Below the pieces are notes generated by a model. The model was not told where the DNA came from and did no database searches. It saw only the letters and a program-made list of their open reading frames with translations. Positions 40,358 to 45,718 of a stretch of 64,000 bases of DNA are shown here, piece by piece (position 1 is the first letter of the stretch; every line of letters begins with the position of its first letter). Source of the DNA: a virus (taxonomy: Duplodnaviria > Heunggongvirae > Uroviricota > Caudoviricetes); IMG/VR virus record IMGVR_UViG_3300021431_000077, positions 103,062-167,061 of that record; one strand, written 5' to 3'. The translations under genes and the position numbers were made by a program.

Positions 40358-40735
40358 TTATCTGATTTTAGGAATACTATTTTCCAAATCGCTAATGGAA
40401 CTATAATTGTTTGTACCACCATGACTATCCTTGATGCTAGTCGCAGTGCGGAGCAACACGCCACGCATCGGCCCACTTGCGTTCACATCAATGGTCATGC
40501 CACGGAAGTCACCATAGTTGTAATAGACAATCTGTCCATCGGCACGCTGAATGTAGCCGTAAACATAGTAGTGACCTGTCCTTTGGAGCAGAACCTTTGC
40601 ACCAATCTTCTTGCATACCCTTTTCATAAGGTTGTGGAAAGAGAGTGCTAGACTCATTCCCATAGAGCCACGGGGCATCGTAGTTCCGCTTTCGTTAAAG
40701 AAAACACCTTGCCATTTGCGTTTGAAAGTCTGCAT
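40358..40735 (-). CDS. hypothetical protein
   Basis: Single-gene cassette, GAGG RBS. Confidence 0.75.
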   Translation of the reverse strand: MQTFKRKWQGVFFNESGTTMPRGSMGMSLALSFHNLMKRVCKKIGAKVLLQRTGHYYVYGYIQRADGQIVYYNYGDFRGMTIDVNASGPMRGVLLRTATSIKDSHGGTNNYSSISDLENSIPKIR

Positions 40736-40967
40736 TGTTTTAACCTCGTCTTGATACCTTTAATATACCTAATTAAAAGCATCTTGTCAAGCCCTACCCA
40801 TCATTTTCTTTGTAAACTTTCGCTTACATATCCCGCCGACCCACCCAGCGGCAGCCCCCAGCCTCCGCCGGGCAGCCAGCAGGTAAGGGTGATAACCCAG
40901 GTTGAACATCCGCGTGTTGCCAACAGAAAGGGTCGCAACCGCTGGTCGCAACCCTGGTGAGAGCAGG

Positions 40968-41108
40968 CTACTTCGCACCTACGTGAACTAACAGACCTTC
41001 CCACAAGAAGTAGAAGACCATGAAGTAGGCTGCGAGCACTCCAAGTCCTTCGCCTATGCTTACGAGAACACCTTTATCCTCTCTCTTTTCCTTGACCTTG
41101 ATACCCAT
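40968..41108 (-). CDS. 46-aa membrane micro-protein (not in ORF track)
   Basis: MGIKVKEKREDKGVLVSIGEGLGVLAAYFMVFYFLWEGLLVHVGAK; GGAGG RBS; sole ORF of its cassette. Confidence 0.75.
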   Translation of the reverse strand: MGIKVKEKREDKGVLVSIGEGLGVLAAYFMVFYFLWEGLLVHVGAK

Positions 41109-41366
41109 TTGAAACCTCCGTTGTTGTTCTATATATAATATACACAATTAAAACTACAATGTCAATAGGTTATTAACAATTCTGTGTAAACATTCGGTTA
41201 CAAACCGCCGCCCCAACATCGTTTCCAATCCTGACGATGACCCGACTCCTGATGACCGTCGAATCTCCAGTCAGGACTAGGGTGATAACCCAAGTTGAAT
41301 ATCGGGGTGGGGTCAGGAAAAAACCCATAGGGTTATACCCTATGGGCTAGCAACCGATGACCTAGA

Positions 41367-41495
41367 CTACTTCCCCAAACACTGGAACATAGCCGTATGA
41401 CCGAACGCCAACGGAACCAAGTCCTTGAAGCAGCCTATCGCAGTCGGCTCGTATTCGCCTTTCTCGTTCTTCAAGTAGAGCATATACTTCTTCAT
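41367..41495 (-). CDS. 42-aa micro-protein
   Basis: MKKYMLYLKNEKGEYEP...; ATGA overlap. Confidence 0.65.
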   Translation of the reverse strand: MKKYMLYLKNEKGEYEPTAIGCFKDLVPLAFGHTAMFQCLGK

Positions 41496-41605
41496 TTCGC
41501 TACCGCCTTTACCAAGTAGATTAAACCGATGATTGCATAGAGGAACCAAATAGGTGGAAACAGAACACCGAGAACCACCAATACGATGAGGACTATCAGT
41601 TTCAT
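41492..41605 (-). CDS. 37-aa membrane micro-protein (not in ORF track)
   Basis: MKLIVLIVLVVLGVLFPPIWFLYAIIGLIYLVKAVAK; ATGA overlaps at both ends. Confidence 0.7.
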   Translation of the reverse strand: MKLIVLIVLVVLGVLFPPIWFLYAIIGLIYLVKAVAK

Positions 41606-41685
41606 TTCCTGCTCCCCTTGTAAATGCGTAAGCCCATCTTTATTGCAGTGAGTTTGTCTTTCGTTGTAGGTTTCTTCTGTGCCAT
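41602..41685 (-). CDS. 27-aa basic micro-peptide, KMGLxIY family copy 1
   Basis: MAQKKPTTKDKLTAIKMGLRIYKGSRK; GAGG RBS directly after promoter. Confidence 0.8.
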   Translation of the reverse strand: MAQKKPTTKDKLTAIKMGLRIYKGSRK

Positions 41686-41867
41686 ATTATACCTCGTTGT
41701 TTGTATCTATAATATAGTTAATTAAATCTCGTTTGTCAAGGGGGACAGCGAATTTTTTATCGAAAGCCGCACGCTTCCCTCTGGGACTAGGGTGATAACC
41801 CAAGTTGAATATCGGAGGGAAAACAAAAGATTGGCGGTCTCTTTCGAAACCGCCTTGATAAAGTCCG

Positions 41868-42257
41868 TTAGGAAAATGCCACTTCAATAACCTTTTCCTT
41901 GATGACAGCCAATGCGTCAGTCAGCAGGGGCATACTGAACTCGTGCCTATCCTTGTCTATGCAGGTTATCTCGTTCGTGTAGGTATTAACCCTAACCATA
42001 TACTTCAACGGCTTTCTGCGAGGGTTCGCAACTACACCGAACATCATAGTGAACGCAAAGTCGCCATTGTGTTCTGGTATAGGTTCAAACCCTCGTGCCG
42101 TCATACGATGAAGACCGAATATCTCACGGCATAAATTCTCTTGGTCATACATATCACGAATTGTATCAGCCAACTCGTTCAACTTCGCCACAACATTATC
42201 CATAATATCTATGTTAGCAACGTTAGCGATGAACTCTTTTTGCTTTCTCTGTGCCAT
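41868..42257 (-). CDS. hypothetical protein
   Basis: Single-gene cassette. Confidence 0.8.
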   Translation of the reverse strand: MAQRKQKEFIANVANIDIMDNVVAKLNELADTIRDMYDQENLCREIFGLHRMTARGFEPIPEHNGDFAFTMMFGVVANPRRKPLKYMVRVNTYTNEITCIDKDRHEFSMPLLTDALAVIKEKVIEVAFS

Positions 42258-42467
42258 AAGTTACTCCTTTGTTTCACTTAAAATATACATAATTAAATCC
42301 GTTTTGTCAAGGATTTAATCAACTTTATTTATACCTTTTACTATGGGGTGGTATCACGCCCGCAGCTCCAGTCAGGACTAGGGTGATAACCTAAGTTGAA
42401 AAACATAAAAGAAAAAATAAAAAAGGTTTAACCCTACGGGTTAAACCCTTGTTTTTATCGGAGTTAA

Positions 42468-42890
42468 TTAAAGCTTAACCTTGAAGTGGACAAGGGACTT
42501 GTAAACAACATCTACAAGCTCGTCCTGCAAAGCCTTCGCAGCAAGCCCACGTTGCTTCTCGGTGTTGCGGTTCACCTCGGCTATGGTGGCGTTGAACCCC
42601 CCGAACATCAGACAGCGATAGCCCGTAGGCACAAGCTCCACGGGAGTGACGTTGAGGTAGTAGCTGGACGGGTAACTGTGACCGTCATAGAAACTGCGAC
42701 CCGCCTTGCGGTAGCCCACGCTCAGACGGAGGGCGTTGCAATCGTCCGACCCACTGCCCGTCTCAACCTTCTGCATAGGGAACGGGATGCTAATATCCCT
42801 GCCAAACTTGACTTCAATGCCTGCACAAAGCTCCTGCACCTTCTTATACATTTCGCTTTCAGTATCTACTTCTATACCTTTGAGAATCAT
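42468..42890 (-). CDS. hypothetical protein
   Basis: Single-gene cassette with atypical upstream element. Confidence 0.8.
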   Translation of the reverse strand: MILKGIEVDTESEMYKKVQELCAGIEVKFGRDISIPFPMQKVETGSGSDDCNALRLSVGYRKAGRSFYDGHSYPSSYYLNVTPVELVPTGYRCLMFGGFNATIAEVNRNTEKQRGLAAKALQDELVDVVYKSLVHFKVKL

Positions 42891-43061
42891 TTTACAACTC
42901 CGTTGTTTTCCCTAAGGCAACATCGCCTCGGGACACCCCTTAATATAGGGTGGTATCTCGCCCCCTGTTCAAACTGTTTCAGGGTGATAACCCAGGTTGA
43001 ACATCGGCGGGAACCAATTTAAAAGGGGACCTTTACAGGTCCCCTTCGTTCAAATCGTTTG

Positions 43062-43247
43062 CTAGACCCTTTCAATCTTGTCTTCGTCAGCATGGACGCG
43101 AACCCCGCCCCAACTTCCTTCAAGTTGCCCCAAATCGTCTATGCTTTCTATCACGCCCACCCGCCCGTTATAATGCGGTTCGCCCGCCATTTCAACAATA
43201 CGGATTTTATCACCGACTTTAAAACCTTTTGTATCGTGTTTCTGCAT
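43062..43247 (-). CDS. DUF4314 family protein
   Basis: VGDKIRIVEM..EP....GVIESIDDLGQLEGSW pattern. Confidence 0.75.
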   Translation of the reverse strand: MQKHDTKGFKVGDKIRIVEMAGEPHYNGRVGVIESIDDLGQLEGSWGGVRVHADEDKIERV

Positions 43248-43254
43248 CTTGTTT

Positions 43255-43335
43255 TTACCCGTTTTTCTTATAGATGTTAAGACCCATTTTCTTAGCGGTA
43301 ATTTTCCAAATCTGTTTTGGTTGTTTCTGTGCCAT
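43255..43335 (-). CDS. 26-aa basic micro-peptide, KMGLxIY family copy 2
   Basis: MAQKQPKQIWKITAKKMGLNIYKKNG. Confidence 0.8.
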   Translation of the reverse strand: MAQKQPKQIWKITAKKMGLNIYKKNG

Positions 43336-43552
43336 AATTTTATGCCCTTTTTAGAGTTGAGTTTTTCAGTTTAAAGTGTTCCCTAAGAAACACTACATAT
43401 AATATAGATAATTAAACACGAAAGTGTATATATTGTTTAGCATTTTCTTGTAAACTTTCGTTTACAAAAGGAAGAAAACATCGTTCTGATTCCGACAGCT
43501 TCAGCACAGTTTAGGGTGATAACCCAAGTTAAAAATCGTGGCGGGCAAAAAA

Positions 43553-43762
43553 GAAAAAGGGAGCCTTTCGGCTCCCCCTTTCTCGGAGTTGTTTTTTCTT
43601 TCTTTATTTCCTGCGGGAATAAATCTTCAATCCCATCTTGATTGCAGAAATCTTATCGGAAGTTGTAGGTTTACGAGCCATTGTTTTAATCCTCTTTTGT
43701 TTTATTGTTTGTTTTGTTTGTTAAAAGAAAAGGAAAAAGGGGAGCCTTTCGGCTCCCGATTT
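43553..43762 (-). terminator. Two near-identical terminators (gggagcctttcggctccc) flanking a micro-ORF
   Basis: Hairpins at about 43559-43577 and 43741-43758, each with an A-tract on the + strand. Confidence 0.8.
43604..43681 (-). CDS. 25-aa basic micro-peptide, KMGLxIY family copy 3
   Basis: MARKPTTSDKISAIKMGLKIYSRRK; AGAGGA RBS; between duplicated terminators. Confidence 0.8.
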   Translation of the reverse strand: MARKPTTSDKISAIKMGLKIYSRRK

Positions 43763-43763
43763 C

Positions 43764-45050
43764 CTAGAATTCAGGTTCTTCATCAATCTTGGACTTTGTG
43801 GAAGTTTTCTTTTCCATTCCGTCCAATTTTGTTGCAACCCAACGGAATTCTGCTTTGGATTCCAATTTCTCACGAATGAGAGAAGTTTTCAGAACCATAA
43901 AGAGTTCTTTTTTGGAACCCATAATCGGACTTCCGTCTGCGTGTTTCGTTCCCGTAGGATATTGTTTATCCATGTATTGTTCCAAAGAAGAAAGTTCAGC
44001 GGAAGAAATAACATTTTCATTGCAACGAGAGCGGAATCCCAAAGTTGTAGAAATTGCGTTCACTCCGATGAGAGCCTCCGAGAAATTTTTCGGAATTGCG
44101 GTTCCGTTCAAATATTCCTCACCGCTCGGAATGTCAAAGTTTTCCACCAAAGAGATGAACATCTTTGCAAGTCCGTCCGAGTCAAAGAAGTGAATTTCCA
44201 CAATTTTCTTGGCGAGCCTGTCAAAATGCTTGTTATCATAGCATCCGAACGAGAGAGCCAACATCAAATTTTCGTAGGTTCTACCGCAAGAATGATGACC
44301 GAGGGCTTCGTCGGAAAGTTTCAAATCTTTCAAATGCTTTTTAGAGAACATTTTCCAAAACATTGAAATATTCGGATTTTCATTGACCGCACGCAACACG
44401 CTTGCATCTTCGTAAATCAATTCCAACGGAAAATATCTTCCGCAAGAGCCGAGCATTGCAGGGGAAATTTCAGAAGTTTGCCCCATGAATCCCTCTCTAT
44501 CGCACCCGTTGAAAGCAATAAAGAAATTCACGTCATTATGAAGATGGAAAACTTTGACAATTTTTGTCAAAGCCACCGTCAAAAATGTTCCTTGAACCCT
44601 AGGATTTGCGGCAGAAAATTCATCCAAAAGAACGACCGCCGCATGAGCCTCGGGAAGACCTGTTTTTTCGTCCGTCCAAATGCGGTAGCCCTTAGTATCG
44701 TCGGTGGTCGGCACCTTTGCGTTCGTTGCAGGGTCTACACGATAGAACGGGAGCCAGTTCGGAATCTCGTCCTCACCCGCAAGGTCAAACGAGCCGTCCT
44801 TATTCTTATGCCCCTTGTAAGAGAAGCCGACAATTTCACTCCCGTTCACCCATTGGTTGATAGCAACCGTGATGAACGGCAACTTCCAATCCGTTGCGAG
44901 AGAGCGAACCACCGAGGTTTTACCCATGCCCGGTGCACCCTCCAAGCCGTAAGAGATGATAGTGTGCAAGATGGTCTTATCGTCCACCACCTTGCGGTTC
45001 ACGTTTGCGAGTTCCTTGAACTCCGTTGCAGTAACCTTGATTGATTCCAT
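43764..45050 (-). CDS. AAA+ ATPase (MoxR/dynein-related)
   Basis: Walker A GAPGMGKT, Walker B VVLLDEF, AFN sensor region. Confidence 0.85.
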   Translation of the reverse strand: MESIKVTATEFKELANVNRKVVDDKTILHTIISYGLEGAPGMGKTSVVRSLATDWKLPFITVAINQWVNGSEIVGFSYKGHKNKDGSFDLAGEDEIPNWLPFYRVDPATNAKVPTTDDTKGYRIWTDEKTGLPEAHAAVVLLDEFSAANPRVQGTFLTVALTKIVKVFHLHNDVNFFIAFNGCDREGFMGQTSEISPAMLGSCGRYFPLELIYEDASVLRAVNENPNISMFWKMFSKKHLKDLKLSDEALGHHSCGRTYENLMLALSFGCYDNKHFDRLAKKIVEIHFFDSDGLAKMFISLVENFDIPSGEEYLNGTAIPKNFSEALIGVNAISTTLGFRSRCNENVISSAELSSLEQYMDKQYPTGTKHADGSPIMGSKKELFMVLKTSLIREKLESKAEFRWVATKLDGMEKKTSTKSKIDEEPEF

Positions 45051-45249
45051 GTTAGTAACTCCGATTTAACCCTAAGGCTTCATTGCCTTGGGACACCCGT
45101 TAATATAGGGTGGTATCGAGGCATCGGGCCGTAGGGTGATAACCCAGGTTGAACGTGACGGGGTATATTTAGGGGGTGGCGCGTATAGGGTATTAGCCTA
45201 GGCTAATTTGATATTTGATAAGCGCGGTACTTTTTATTTTTTAAAAGAA

Positions 45250-45370
45250 CAGGGTTTCCAAGCAGGGGTTTCCAAGCAGGGGTTTCCAAGCAGGGGTTTC
45301 CAACCCAGCTTTCAAACAGGGGTTTCCAACCTGGGTTTCCAAGCAGGGGTTTCCAACCATGGTTTCCACC
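45250..45370. repeat. Tandem array of about 9 copies of a 13-14-bp unit CAGG(G)GTTTCCAA(G/C)
   Basis: Directly visible: cagggtttccaag caggggtttccaag caggggtttccaag caggggtttccaac ... ctgggtttccaag caggggtttccaac catggtttccacc. Confidence 0.95.
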
Positions 45371-45656
45371 CAGGGTATCGGGACAGGAATCGGGACACGG
45401 TGTCTCGAACCAAGGTTCACACACGGGAATCGGGACAGCAGGCGCCCGCTGCCAACGATGTTTCAACTTGAAACACACAGGATATCAACAGGTTATCAAC
45501 ACCCTTTCAAAAAATCAAAATCCAAAACTGGGGGCAGAAAAATAGAAAAAAATATTTAAAGCCCCTGTCATACCCTTTGAAAAATTTTTGGTAGGGGGGT
45601 ATATACAGTGGGCTTAAAAAATTTTTTGGGGGTGGGGGGTGTTTTACACTAAAGAG

Positions 45657-45684
45657 ATAACCGTATCGAATTCGACACGGTTAT
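45657..45684. terminator. 28-bp near-perfect palindrome downstream of ssb
   Basis: ATAACCGTATCGAATTCGACACGGTTAT (26 of 28 positions self-complementary). Confidence 0.6.
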
Positions 45685-45718
45685 AAAAGTAAATTGAATT
45701 GAGTTTGAAAACAGGGGT

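Larger units (their letters stand above)
8539..45151 (+). repeat. 38 dispersed direct copies of an 18-bp site GGGTGATAACCCAAGTTG at cassette junctions
   Basis: Starts read by eye: 8539,10172,12347,14674,16574,18324,20262,21172,22266,23364,23961,25021,25719,26874,27767,28898,29998,31054,31854,32701,33413,34160,34623,35514,36425,37017,37886,38483,39068,39679,40270,40887,41280,41790,42381,42982,43514,45134. All in the same orientation and all intergenic; 11 copies carry a single substitution. Confidence 0.97.

Noticed and set aside
45095-45115. T7/SP6-like phage RNAP promoter (TAATATAGGG)
   Set aside because: It is on the strand opposite to the genes and lacks the upstream specificity loop; better read as a minus-strand TATATT -10.
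8539-45151. CRISPR array interpretation of the 38 direct repeats
   Set aside because: The intervals are 0.4-2.3 kb and contain genes, promoters and terminators rather than 25-45-bp spacers; the repeat is only 18 bp and there are no cas genes.
8539-45151. Classical integron attC sites (GTTGAAT fits GTTRRRY in some copies)
   Set aside because: There is no RYYYAAC inverse core 50-140 bp away and no long attC hairpin; cassettes carry their own promoters, and no IntI is present in the window.
8539-45151. Lambda-type operator (TATCACC on the minus strand) or DnaA box (TTATCACCC versus TTATCCACA)
   Set aside because: Only a 7-bp half match to lambda operators, with no second half at the lambda spacing, and several mismatches to the DnaA box; likely coincidental.
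45203-45478. ORFs 45203-45478 (-) and 45208-45471 (+)
   Set aside because: Their repetitive translations come from the 13-14-bp tandem repeat; no RBS or promoter.
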